Assembly: GCA_964057225.1 (NCBI GenBank)
Contig: OZ059897.1
Span: 17,918,001-17,982,000 of the forward strand
Source of the DNA: Auanema rhodensis
Lineage: Eukaryota; Animalia; Nematoda
DNA: 64,000 bases
Direction of reading: 5' to 3'
Of the stretch, positions 10,529 to 24,700 are shown piece after piece; position 1 is the first letter of the stretch, and each line of letters opens with the position of its first letter. The notes below the pieces were generated by a model, which was not told the origin of the DNA, searched no databases, and worked only from the letters and a program-made list of their open reading frames with translations. Position numbers and translations under genes: made by a program.

Positions 10529-13336
10529 TTTCGAAAAATTTCAAAATAATTTAGCAAAAAGTAGATGTTTTTAGATTTCATTTTCCAAGGCGAAGACGAT
10601 GGACAATGTTATTCAACGAAAAAATTAATTCTTCAGGGTGAAAATCGAGGATATAAGTGTGAACTTATATCAGTTGATATCTCGGTGCATTTTTAAGCTA
10701 GCGCAAATCTGATAACACAGATCGACGCAGCTTAAAAATCCGCATCGAATGCACTATACTACATTGAGAAACGCTTAATACAAAAATTAGTTATAGTCGT
10801 TTGAAAAATGATGCATTAGTGTATGTTGAGTTTCCATGTACACTCAACATTGCTTCCAAAAACATTTTGACAAAAATTTTTTCGAAAAATTTCAAAATAA
10901 TTTAGCAAAAAGTAGATGTTTTTAGATTTCATTTTCCAAGGCAAAGACGATGGACAATGTTATTCAACGAAAAAATTAATTCTTCAGGGTGAAAATCGAG
11001 GATATAAGTGTGAACTTATATCAGTTGATATCTCGGTGCATTTTTAAGCTAGCGCAAATCTGATAACACAGATCGACGCAGCTTAAAAATCCGCATCGAA
11101 TGCACTATACTACATCGAGAAACGCTTAATACAAAAATTAGTTATAATCGTTTGAAAAATGATGCATTAGTGTATGTTGAGTTTCCATGTACACTCAACA
11201 TTGCTTCCAAAAACATTTTGACAAAAATTTTTTCGAAAAATTTCAAAATAATTTAGCAAAAAGTAGATGTTTTTAGATTCCATTTTTCAAGGCAAAGACG
11301 ATGGACAATGTTATTCAACGAAAAAAGTAATTCTTCAGGGTGAAAATCGAGGATATAAGTGTGAACTTATGTCAGTTGATATCTCGGTGCATTGTTAAGC
11401 TAGCGCAAATCTGATAACACAGATCGACGCAGCTTAAAAATCCGCATAGAATGCACTATACTACATTGAGAAACGCTTAATACAAAAATTAGTTATGATC
11501 GTTTGAAAAATGATGCATTAGTGTATGTTGAGTTTCCATGTACACTCAACATTGCTTCCAAAAACATTTTGACAAAAATTTTTTCGAAAAATTTCAAAAT
11601 AATTTAGCAAAAAGTAGATGTTTTTAGATTCCATTTTTCAAGGCAAAGACGATGGACAATGTTATTCAACGAAAAAATTAATTCTTCAGGGTGAAAATCG
11701 AGGATATATGTGTTAACTTATATCAGTTGATATCTCGGTGCATTTTTAAGCTAGCGCAAATCTGATAACACAGATCGACGCAGCTTAAAAATCTGCATCG
11801 AATGCACTATACTACATTGAGAAACACTTGATACAAAAATTAGTTATGATCGTTTGAAAAATGATGGATTAGTGTATGTTGAGTTTCCATGTACACTCAA
11901 CATTGCTTCCAAAAACATTTTGACAAAAATTTTTTCGAAAAATTTCAAAATAATTTAGCAAAAAGTAGATGTTTTTAGATTTCATTTTCCAAGGCGAAGA
12001 CGATGGACAATGTTATTCAACGAAAAAATTAATTCTTCAGGGTGAAAATCGAGGATATAAGTGTGAACTTATATCAGTTGATATCTCGGTGCATTTTTAA
12101 GCTAGCGCAAATCTGATAACACAGATCGACGCAGCTTAAAAATCCGCATCGAATGCACTATACTACATTGAGAAACGCTTAATACAAAAATTAGTTATAG
12201 TCGTTTGAAAAATGATGCATTAGTGTATGTTGAGTTTCCATGTACACTCAACATTGCTTCCAAAAACATTTTGACAAAAATTTTTTCGAAAAATTTCAAA
12301 ATAATTTAGCAAAAAGTAGATGTTTTTAGATTTCATTTTCCAAGGCAAAGACGATGGACAATGTTATTCAACGAAAAAATTAATTCTTCAGGGTGAAAAT
12401 CGAGGATATAAGTGTGAACTTATATCAGTTGATATCTCGGTGCATTTTTAAGCTAGCGCAAATCTGATAACACAGATCGACGCAGCTTAAAAATCCGCAT
12501 CGAATGCACTATACTACATCGAGAAACGCTTAATACAAAAATTAGTTATAATCGTTTGAAAAATGATGCATTAGTGTATGTTGAGTTTCCATGTACACTC
12601 AACATTGCTTCCAAAAACATTTTGACAAAAATTTTTTCGAAAAATTTCAAAATAATTTAGCAAAAAGTAGATGTTTTTAGATTCCATTTTTCAAGGCAAA
12701 GACGATGGACAATGTTATTCAACGAAAAAAGTAATTCTTCAGGGTGAAAATCGAGGATATAAGTGTGAACTTATGTCAGTTGATATCTCGGTGCATTGTT
12801 AAGCTAGCGCAAATCTGATAACACAGATCGACGCAGCTTAAAAATCCGCATAGAATGCACTATACTACATTGAGAAACGCTTAATACAAAAATTAGTTAT
12901 GATCGTTTGAAAAATGATGCATTAGTGTATGTTGAGTTTCCATGTACACTCAACATTGCTTCCAAAAACATTTTGACAAAAATTTTTTCGAAAAATTTCA
13001 AAATAATTTAGCAAAAAGTAGATGTTTTTAGATTCCATTTTTCAAGGCAACGACGATGGACAATGTTATTCAACGAAAAAATTAATTCTTCAGGGTGAAA
13101 ATCGAGGATATATGTGTTAACTTATATCAGTTGATATCTCGGTGCATTTTTAAGCTAGCGCAAATCTGATAACACAGATCGACGCAGCTTAAAAATCTGC
13201 ATCGAATGCACTATACTACATTGAGAAACACTTGATACAAAAATTAGTTATGATCGTTTGAAAAATGATGCATTAGTGTATGTTGAGTTTCCATGTACAC
13301 TCAACATTGCTTCCAAAAACATTTTGACAAAAATTT
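10529..13336. repeat. 4-mer higher-order repeat, 2 copies, period 1404 bp
   Basis: Rare variant ATTGTTAAGC at 11391 and 12795 (difference 1404). The linked TTATGTCAG, CATAGAA, GTGTTAAC and GGCGAAG variants repeat at the same spacing. Confidence 0.88.
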
Positions 13337-16300
13337 TTTCGAAAAATTTCAAAATAATTTAGCAAAAAGTAGATGTTTTTAGATTTCATTTTTCAAGGCA
13401 AAGACGATGGACAATGTTATTCAACGAAAAAATTAATTCTTCAGGGTGAAAATCGAGGATATAAGTGTGAACTTATATCAGTTGATATCTCGGTGCATTT
13501 TTAAGCTAGCGCAAATCTGATAACACAGATCGACGCAGCTTAAAAATCTGCATCGAATGCACTATACTACATTGAGAAACACTTGATACAAAAATTAGTT
13601 ATGATCGTTTGAAAAATGATGCATTAGTGTATGTTGAGTTTCCATGTACACTCAACATTGCTTCCAAAAACATTTTGACAAAAATTTTTTCGAAAAATTT
13701 CAAAATAATTTAGCAAAAAGTAGATGTTTTTAGATTTCATTTTTCAAGGCAAAGACGATGGACAATGTTATTCAACGAAAAAATTAATTCTTCAGGGTGA
13801 AAATCGAGGATATAAGTGTGAACTTATATCAGTTGATATCTCGGTGCATTTTTAAGCTAGCGCAAATCTGATAACACAGATCGACGCAGCTTAAAAATCC
13901 GCATCGAATGCACTATACTACATCGAGAAACACTTAATACAAAAATTAGTTATAATCGTTTGAAAAATGATGCATTAGTGTATGTTGAGTTTCCATGTAC
14001 ACTCAACATTGCTTCCAAAAACATTTTGACAAAAATTTTTTCGAAAAATTTCAAAATAATTTAGCAAAAAGTAGATGTTTTTAGATTCCATTTTTCAAGG
14101 CAAAGACGATGGACAATGTTATTCAACGAAAAAATTAATTCTTCAGGGTGAAAATCGAGGATATAAGTGTGAACTTATATCAGTTGATATCTCGGTGCAT
14201 TTTTAAGCTAGCGCAAATCTGATAACACAGATCGACGCAGCTTAAAAATCTGCATCGAATGCACTATACTACATTGAGAAACACTTGATACAAAAATTAG
14301 TTATGATCGTTTGAAAAATGATGCATTAGTGTATGTTGAGTTTCCATGTACACTCAACATTGCTTCCAAAAACATTTTGACAAAACTTTTTTCGAAAAAT
14401 TTCAAAATAATTTAGCAAAAAGTAGATGTTTTTAGATTCCATTTTTCAAGGCAAAGACGATGGACAATGTTATTCAACGAAAAAATTAATTCTTCAGGGT
14501 GAAAATCGAGGATATAAGTGTGAACTTATATCAGTTGATATCTTGGTGCATTTTTAAGCTAGCGCAAATCTGATAACACAGATCGACGCAGCTTAAAAAT
14601 CCGCATCGAATGCACTATACTACATTGAGAAACGCTCAATACAAAAATTAGTTATGATCGTTTGAAAAATGATGCATTAGTGTATGTTGAGTTTCCATGT
14701 ACACTCAACATTGCTTCCAAAAACATTTTGACAAAAATTTTTTCGAAAAATTTCAAAATAATTTAGCAAAAAGTAGATGTTTTTAGATTCCATTTTTCAA
14801 GGCAAAGACGATGGACAATGTTATTCAACGAAAAAATTAATTCTTCAGGGTGAAAATCGAGGATATAAGTGTGAACTTATATCAGTTGATATCTCGGTGC
14901 ATTTTTAAGCTAGCGCAAATCTGATAACACAGATCGACGCAGCTTAAAAATCTGCATCGAATGCACTATACTACATTGAGAAACACTTGATACAAAAATT
15001 AGTTATGATCGTTTGAAAAATGATGCATTAGTGTATGTTGAGTTTCCATGTACACTCAACATTGCTTCCAAAAACATTTTGACAAAACTTTTTTCGAAAA
15101 ATTTCAAAATAATTTAGCAAAAAGTAGATGTTTTTAGATTCCATTTTTCAAGGCAAAGACGATGGACAATGTTATTCAACGAAAAAATTAATTCTTCAGG
15201 GTGAAAATCGAGGATATAAGTGTGAACTTATATCAGTTGATATCTCGGTGCATTTTTAAGCTAGCGCAAATCTGATAACACAGATCGACGCAGCTTAAAA
15301 ATCTGCATCGAATGCACTATACTACATTGAGAAACACTTGATACAAAAATTAGTTATGATCGTTTGAAAAATGATGCATTAGTGTATGTTGAGTTTCCAT
15401 GTACACTCAACATTGCTTCCAAAAACATTTTGTCAAAAATTTTTTCGAAAAATTTCAAAATAATTTAGCAAAAAGTAGATGTTTTTAGATTCCATTTTTC
15501 AAGGCAAAGACGATGGACAATGTTATTCAACGAAAAAATTAATTCTTCAGGGTGAAAATCGAGGATATAAGTGTGAACTTATATCAGTTGATATCTCGGT
15601 GCATTTTTAAGCTAGCGCAAATCTGATAACACAGATCGACGCAGCTTAAAAATCTGCATCGAATGCACTATACTACATTGAGAAACACTTGATACAAAAA
15701 TTAGTTATGATCGTTTGAAAAATGATGCATTAGTGTATGTTGAGTTTCCATGTACACTCAACATTGCTTCCAAAAACATTTTGACAAAACTTTTTTCGAA
15801 AAATTTCAAAATAATTTAGCAAAAAGTAGATGTTTTTAGATTCCATTTTTCAAGGCAAAGACGATGGACAATGTTATTCAACGAAAAAATTAATTCTTCA
15901 GGGTGAAAATCGAGGATATAAGTGTGAACTTATATCAGTTGATATCTCGGTGCATTTTTAAGCTAGCGCAAATCTGATAACACAGATCGACGCAGCTTAA
16001 AAATCCGCATCGAATGCACTATACTACATTGAGAAACGCTTAATACAAAAATTAGTTATAATCGTTTGAAAAATGATGCATTAGTGTATGTTGAGTTTCC
16101 ATGTACACTCAACATTGCTTCCAAAAACATTTTGACAAAATTTTTTTCGAAAAATTTCAAAATAATTTAGCAAAAAGTAGATGTTTTTAGATTTCATTTT
16201 CCAAGGCAACGACGATGGACCATGTTATTCAACGAAAAAATTAATTCTTCAGGGTGAAAATCGAGGATATAAGTGTGAACTTATATCAGTTGATATCTCG

Positions 16301-19300
16301 GTGCATTTTTAAGCTAGCGCAAATCTGATAACACAGATCGACGCAGCTTAAAAATCCGCATCGAATGCACTATACTACATCGAGAAACGCTTAATACAAA
16401 AATTAGTTATAATCGTTTGAAAAATGATGCATTAGTGTATGTTGAGTTTCCATGTACACTCAACATTGCTTCCAGAAACATTTTGACAAAAATTTTTTCG
16501 AAAAATTTCAAAATAATTTAGCAAAAAGTAGATGTTTTTAGATTCCATTTTTCAAGGCAAAGACGATGGACAATGTTATTCAACGAAAAAAGTAATTCTT
16601 CAGGGTGAAAATCGAGGATATAAGTGTGAACTTATGTCAGTTGATATCTCGGTGCATTGTTAAGCTAGCGCAAATCTGATAACACAGATCGACGCAGCTT
16701 AAAAATCCGCATCGAATGCACTATACTACATTGAGAAACGCTTAATACAAAAATTAGTTATAATCGTTTGAAAAATGATGCATTAGTGTATGTTGAGTTT
16801 CCATGTACACTCAACATTGCTTCCAAAAACATTTTGACAAAAATTTTTTCGAAAAATTTCAAAATAATTTAGCAAAAAGTAGATGTTTTTAGATTCCATT
16901 TTCCAAGGCGAAGACGATGGACAATGTTATTCAACGAAAAAATTAATTCTTCAGGGTGAAAATCGAGGATATAAGTGTGAACTTATATCAGTTGATATCT
17001 CGGTGCATTTTTAAGCTAGCGCAAATCTGATAACACAGATCGACGCAGCTTAAAAATCCGCATCGAATGCACTATACTACATCGAGAAACACTTAATACA
17101 AAAATTAGTTATAATCGTTTGAAAAATGATGCATTAGTGTATGTTGAGTTTCCATGTACACTCAACATTGCTTCCAAAAACATTTTGACAAAAATTTTTT
17201 CGAAAAATTTCAAAATAATTTAGCAAAAAGTAGATGTTTTTAGATTCCATTTTCCAAGGCGAAGACGATGGACAATGTTATTCAACGAAAAAATTAATTC
17301 TTCAGGGTGAAAATCGAGGATATAAGTGTGAACTTATATCAGTTGATATCTCGGTGCATTTTTAAGCTAGCGCAAATCTGATAACACAGATCGACGCAGC
17401 TTAAAAATCCGCATCGAATGCACTATACTACATCGAGAAACACTTAATACAAAAATTAGTTATAATCGTTTGAAAAATGATGCATTAGTGTATGTTGAGT
17501 TTCCATGTACACTCAACATTGCTTCCAAAAACATTTTGACAAAAATTTTTTCGAAAAATTTCAAAATAATTTAGCAAAAAGTAGATGTTTTTAGATTCCA
17601 TTTTTCAAGGCAAAGACGATGGACAATGTTATTCAACGAAAAAATTAATTCTTCAGGGTGAAAATCGAGGATATAAGTGTGAACTTATATCAGTTGATAT
17701 CTCGGTGCATTTTTAAGCTAGCGCAAATCTGATAACACAGATCGACGCAGCTTAAAAATCCGCATCGAATGCACTATACTACATCGAGAAACACTTAATA
17801 CAAAAATTAGTTATAATCGTTTGAAAAATGATGCATTAGTGTATGTTGAGTTTCCATGTACACTCAACATTGCTTCCAAAAACATTTTGACAAAAATTTT
17901 TTCGAAAAATTTCAAAATAGTTTAGCAAAAAGTAGATGTTTTTAGATTCCATTTTTCAAGGCAAAGACGATGGACAATGTTATTCAACGAAAAAATTAAT
18001 TCTTCAGGGTGAAAATCGAGGATATAAGTGTGAACTTATATCAGTTGATATCTCGGTGCATTTTTAAGCTAGCGCAAATCTGATAACAAAGATCGACGCA
18101 GCTTAAAAATCCGCATCGAATGCACTATACTACATTGAGAAACGCTTAATACAAACATTAGTTATAATCGTTTGAAAAATGATGCATTAGTGTATGTTGA
18201 GTTTCCATGTACACTCAACATTGCTTCCAAAAACATTTTGACAAAAATTTTTTCGAAAAATTTCAAAATAGTTTAGCAAAAAGTAGATGTTTTTAGATTC
18301 CATTTTTCAAGGCAAAGACGATGGACAATGTTATTCAACGAAAAAATTAATTCTTCAGGGTGAAAATTGAGGATATAAGTGTGAACTTATATCAGTTGAT
18401 ATCTCGGTGCATTTTTAAGCTAGCGCAAATCTGATAACACAGATCGACGCAGCTTAAAAATCCGCATCGAATGCACTATACTACATTGAGAAACACTTGA
18501 TACAAAAATTAGTTATGATCGTTTGAAAAATGATGCATTAGTGTATGTTGAGTTTCCATGTACACTCAACATTGCTTCCAAAAACATTTTGACAAAAATT
18601 TTTTCGAAAAATTTCAGAATAATTTAGCAAAAAGTAGATGTTTTTAGATTCCATTTTTCAAGGCAAAGACGATGGACAATGTTATTCAACGAAAAAATTA
18701 ATTCTTCAGGGTGAAAATCGAGGATATAAGTGTGAACTTATATCAGTTGATATCTCGGTGCATTTTTAAGCTAGCGCAAATCTGATAATACAGATCGACG
18801 CAGCTTAAAAATCCGCATCGAATGCACTATACTACATCGAGAAACGCTTAATACAAAAATTAGTTATAATCGTTTGAGAAATGATGCATTAGTGTATGTT
18901 GAGTTTCCATGTACACTCAACATTGCTTCAAAAAACATTTTGACAAAAATTTTTTCGAAAAATTTCAAAATAATTTAGCAAAAAGTAGACGTTTTTAGAT
19001 TCCATTTTTCAAGGCAAAGACGATGGACAATGTTATTCAACGAAAAAATCAATTCTTCAGGGTGAAAATCGAGGATATAAGTGTGAACTTATATCAGTTG
19101 ATATCTCGGTGCATTTTTAAGCTAGCGGAAATCTGATAACACAGATCGACGCAGCTTAAAAATCCGCATCGAATGCACTATACTACATTGAGAAACGCTT
19201 AATACAAAAATTAGTTATAATCGTTTGAAAAATGATGCATTAGTGTATGTTGAGTTTCCATGTACACTCAACATTGCTTCCAAAAACATTTTGACAAAAA

Positions 19301-21760
19301 TTTTTTCAAAAAATTTCAAAATAATTTAGCAAAAAGTAGATGTTTTTAGATTCCATTTTTTAAGGCAAAGACGATGGACAATGTTATTCAACGAAAAAAT
19401 TAATTCTTCAGGGTGAAAATTGAGGATATAAGTGTGAACTTATATCAGTTGATATCTCGGTGCATTTTTAAGCTAGCGCAAATCTGATCACACAGATCGA
19501 CGCAGCTTAAAAATCCGCATCGAATGCACTATACTACATTGAGAAACGCTTAATACAAAAATTAGTTATAATCGTTTGAAAAATGATGCATTAGTGTATG
19601 TTGAGTTTCCATGTACACTCAACATTGCTTCCAAAAACATTTTGACAAAAATTTTTTCGAAAAATTTCAAAATAGTTTAGCAAAAAGTAGATGTTTTTAG
19701 ATTCCATTTTTCAAGGCAAAGACGATGGACAATGTTATTCAACGAAAAAATTAATTCTTCAGGGTGAAAATTGAGGATATAAGTGTGAACTTATATCAGT
19801 TGATATCTCGGTGCATTTTTAAGCTAGCGCAAATCTGATAACACAGATCGACGCAGCTTAAAAATCCGCATCGAATGCACTATACTACATTGAGAAACGC
19901 TTAATACAAAAATTAGTTATAATCGTTTGAAAAATGATGCATTAGTGTATGTTGAGTTTCCATGTACACTCAAGATTGCTTCCAAAAACATTTTGACAAA
20001 AATTTTTTCGAAAAATTTCAAAATAGTTTAGCAAAAAGTAGATGTTTTTAGATTCCATTTTTCAAGGCAAAGACGATGGACAATGTTATTCAACGAAAAA
20101 ATTAATTCTTCAGGGTGAAAATTGAGGATATAAGTGCGAACTTATATCAGTTGATATCTCGGTGCATTTTTAAGCTAGCGCAAATCTGATAACACAGATC
20201 GACGCAGCTTAAAAATCCGCATCGAATGAACTATACTACATTGAGAAACACTTGATACAAAAATTAGTTATGATCGTTTGAAAAATGATGCATTAGTGTA
20301 TGTTGAGTTTCCATGTACACTCAACATTGCTTCCAAAAACATTTTGACAAAAATTTTTTCGAAAAATTTCAAAATAATTTAGCAAAAAGTAGATGTTTTT
20401 AGATTCCATTTTTCAAGGCAAAGACGATGGACAATGTTATTCAACGAAAAAATTAATTCTTCAGGGTGAAAATCGAGGATATAAGTGTGAACTTATATCA
20501 GTTGATATCTCGGTGCATTTTTAAGCTAGCGGAAATCTGATAACACAGATCGACGCAGCTTAAAAATCCGCATCGAATGAACTATACTACATTGAGAAAC
20601 ACTTGATACAAAAATTAGTTATGATCGTTTGAAAAATGATGCATTAGTGTATGTTGAGTTTCCATGTACACTCAACATTGCTTCCAAAAACATTTTGACA
20701 AAAATTTTTTCGAAAAATTTCAAAATAGTTTAGCAAAAAGTAGATGTTTTTAGATTCCATTTTTCAAGGCAAAGACGATGGACAATGTTATTCAACGAAA
20801 AAATTAATTCTTCAGGGTGAAAATTGAGGATATAAGTGTGAACTTATATCAGTTGATATCTCGGTGCATTTTTAAGCTAGCGCAAATCTGATAACACAGA
20901 TCGACGCAGCTTAAAAATCCGCATCGAATGCACTATACTACATTGAGAAACGCTTAATACAAAAATTAGTTATAATCGTTTGAAAAATGATGCATTAGTG
21001 TATGTTGAGTTTCCATGTACACTCAAGATTGCTTCCAAAAACATTTTGACAAAAATTTTTTCGAAAAATTTCAAAATAGTTTAGCAAAAAGTAGATGTTT
21101 TTAGATTCCATTTTTCAAGGCAAAGACGATGGACAATGTTATTCAACGAAAAAATTAATTCTTCAGGGTGAAAATTGAGGATATAAGTGCGAACTTATAT
21201 CAGTTGATATCTCGGTGCATTTTTAAGCTAGCGCAAATCTGATAACACAGATCGACGCAGCTTAAAAATCCGCATCGAATGAACTATACTACATTGAGAA
21301 ACACTTGATACAAAAATTAGTTATGATCGTTTGAAAAATGATGCATTAGTGTATGTTGAGTTTCCATGTACACTCAACATTGCTTCCAAAAACATTTTGA
21401 CAAAAATTTTTTCGAAAAATTTCAAAATAATTTAGCAAAAAGTAGATGTTTTTAGATTCCATTTTTCAAGGCAAAGACGATGGACAATGTTATTCAACGA
21501 AAAAATTAATTCTTCAGGGTGAAAATCGAGGATATAAGTGTGAACTTATATCAGTTGATATCTCGGTGCATTTTTAAGCTAGCGCAAATCTGATAACACA
21601 GATCGACGCAGCTTAAAAATCCGCATCGAATGCACTATACTACATTGAGAAACGCTTAATACAAAAATTAGTTATAATCGTTTGAAAAATGATGCATTAG
21701 TGTATGTTGAGTTTCCATGTACACTCAACATTGCTTCCAAAAACATTTTGACAAAAATTT

Positions 21761-24700
21761 TTTCGAAAAATTTCAAAATAGTTTAGCAAAAAGTAGATGT
21801 TTTTAGATTCCATTTTTCAAGGCAAAGACGATGGACAATGTTATTCAACGAAAAAATTAATTCTTCAGGGTGAAAATTGAGGATATAAGTGTGAACTTAT
21901 ATCAGTTGATATCTCGGTGCATTTTTAAGCTAGCGCAAATCTGATAACACAGATCGACGCAGCTTAAAAATCCGCATCGAATGAACTATACTACATTGAG
22001 AAACACTTGATACAAAAATTAGTTATGATCGTTTGAAAAATGATGCATTAGTGTATGTTGAGTTTCCATGTACACTCAACATTGCTTCCAAAAACATTTT
22101 GACAAAAATTTTTTCGAAAAATTTCAAAATAGTTTAGCAAAAAGTAGATGTTTTTAGATTCCATTTTTCAAGGCAAAGACGATGGACAATGTTATTCAAC
22201 GAAAAAATTAATTCTTCAGGGTGAAAATTGAGGATATAAGTGCGAACTTATATCAGTTGATATCTCGGTGCATTTTTAAGCTAGCGCAAATCTGATAACA
22301 CAGATCGACGCAGCTTAAAAATCCGCATCGAATGAACTATACTACATTGAGAAACACCTGATACAAAAATTAGTTATGATCGTTTGAAAAATGATGCATT
22401 AGTGTATGTTGAGTTTCCATGTACACTCAACATTGCTTCCAAAAACATTTTGACAAAAATTTTTTCGAAAAATTTCAAAATAATTTAGCAAAAAGTAGAT
22501 GTTTTTAGATTCCATTTTTCAAGGCAAAGACGATGGACAATGTTATTCAACGAAAAAATAATTCTTCAGGGTGAAAATCGAGGATATAAGTGTGAACTTA
22601 TATCAGTTGATATCTCGGTGCATTTTTAAGCTAGCGCAAATCTGATAACACAGATCGACGCAGCTTAAAAATCCGCATCGAATGCACTATACTACATTGA
22701 GAAACGCTTGATACAAAAATTAGTTATAATCGTTTGAAAAATGATGCATTAGTGTATGTTGAGTTTCCATGTACACTCAACATTGCTTCCAAAAACATTT
22801 TGACAAAAATTTTTTCGAAAAATTTCAAAATAATTTAGCAAAAAGTAGATGTTTTTAGATTCCATTTTTCAAGGCAAAGACGATGGACAATGTTATTCAA
22901 CGAAAAAATTAATTCTTCAGGGTGAAAATCGAGGATATAAGTGTGAACTTATATCAGTTGATATCTCGGTGCATTTTTAAGCTAGCGCAAATCTGATAAC
23001 ACAGATCGACGCAGCTTAAAAATCCGCATCGAATGCACTATACTACATTGAGAAACGCTTGATACAAAAATTAGTTATGATCGTTTGAAAAATGATGCAT
23101 TAGTGTATGTTGAGTTTCCATGTACACTCAACATTGCTTCCAAAAACATTTTGACAAAAATTTTTTCGAAAAATTTCAAAATAGTTTAGCAAAAAGTAGA
23201 TGTTTTTAGATTCCATTTTTCAAGGCAAAGACGATGGACAATGTTATTCAACGAAAAAATTAATTCTTCAGGGTGAAAATTGAGGATATAAGTGTGAACT
23301 TATATCAGTTGATATCTCGGTGCATTTTTAAGCTAGCGCAAATCTGATAACACAGATCGACGCAGCTTAAAAATCCGCATCGAATGCACTATACTACATT
23401 GAGAAACGCTTGATACAAAAATTAGTTATGATCGTTTGAAAAATGATGCATTAGTGTATGTTGAGTTTCCATGTACACTCAACATTGTTTCCAAAAACAT
23501 TTTGACAAAAATTTTTTCGAAAAATTTCAAAATAATTTAGCAAGAAGTAGATGTTTTTAGATTCCTTTTTTCAAGGCAAAGACGATGGACAATGTTATTC
23601 AACGAAAAAATTATTTCTTCAGGGTGAAAATCGAGGATATAAGTGTGAACTTATATCAGTTGATATCTCGGTGCATTTTTAAGCTAGCGCAAATCTGATA
23701 ACACAGATCGACGCAGCTTAAAAATCCGCATCGAATGCACTATACTACATCGAGAAACGCTTAATACAAAAATTAGTTATAATCGTTTGAAAAATGATGC
23801 ATTAGTGTATGTTGAGTTTCCATGTACACTCAACATTGCTTCCAAAAACATTTTGACAAAAATTTTTTCGAAAAATTTCAAAATAGTTTAGCAAAAAGTA
23901 GATGTTTTTAGATTCCATTTTTCAAGGCAAAGACGATGGACAATGTTATTCAACGAAAAAATTAATTCTTCAGGGTGAAAATTGAGGATATAAGTGTGAA
24001 CTTATATCAGTTGATATCTCGGTGCATTTTTAAGCTAGCGCAAATCTGATAACACAGATCGACGCAGCTTAAAAATCCGCATCGAATGAACTATACTACA
24101 TTGAGAAACACTTGATACAAAAATTAGTTATGATCGTTTGAAAAATGATGCATTAGTGTATGTTGAGTTTCCATGTACACTCAACATTGCTTCCAAAAAC
24201 ATTTTGACAAAAATTTTTTCGAAAAATTTCAAAATAGTTTAGCAAAAAGTAGATGTTTTTAGATTCCATTTTTCAAGGCAAAGACGATGGACAATGTTAT
24301 TCAACGAAAAAATTAATTCTTCAGGGTGAAAATTGAGGATATAAGTGCGAACTTATATCAGTTGATATCTCGGTGCATTTTTAAGCTAGCGCAAATCTGA
24401 TAACACAGATCGACGCAGCTTAAAAATCCGCATCGAATGAACTATACTACATTGAGAAACACTTGATACAAAAATTAGTTATGATCGTTTGAAAAATGAT
24501 GCATTAGTGTATGTTGAGTTTCCATGTACACTCAACATTGCTTCCAAAAACATTTTGACAAAAATTTTTTCGAAAAATTTCAAAATAATTTAGCAAAAAG
24601 TAGATGTTTTTAGATTCCATTTTTCAAGGCAAAGACGATGGACAATGTTATTCAACGAAAAAATAATTCTTCAGGGTGAAAATCGAGGATATAAGTGTGA

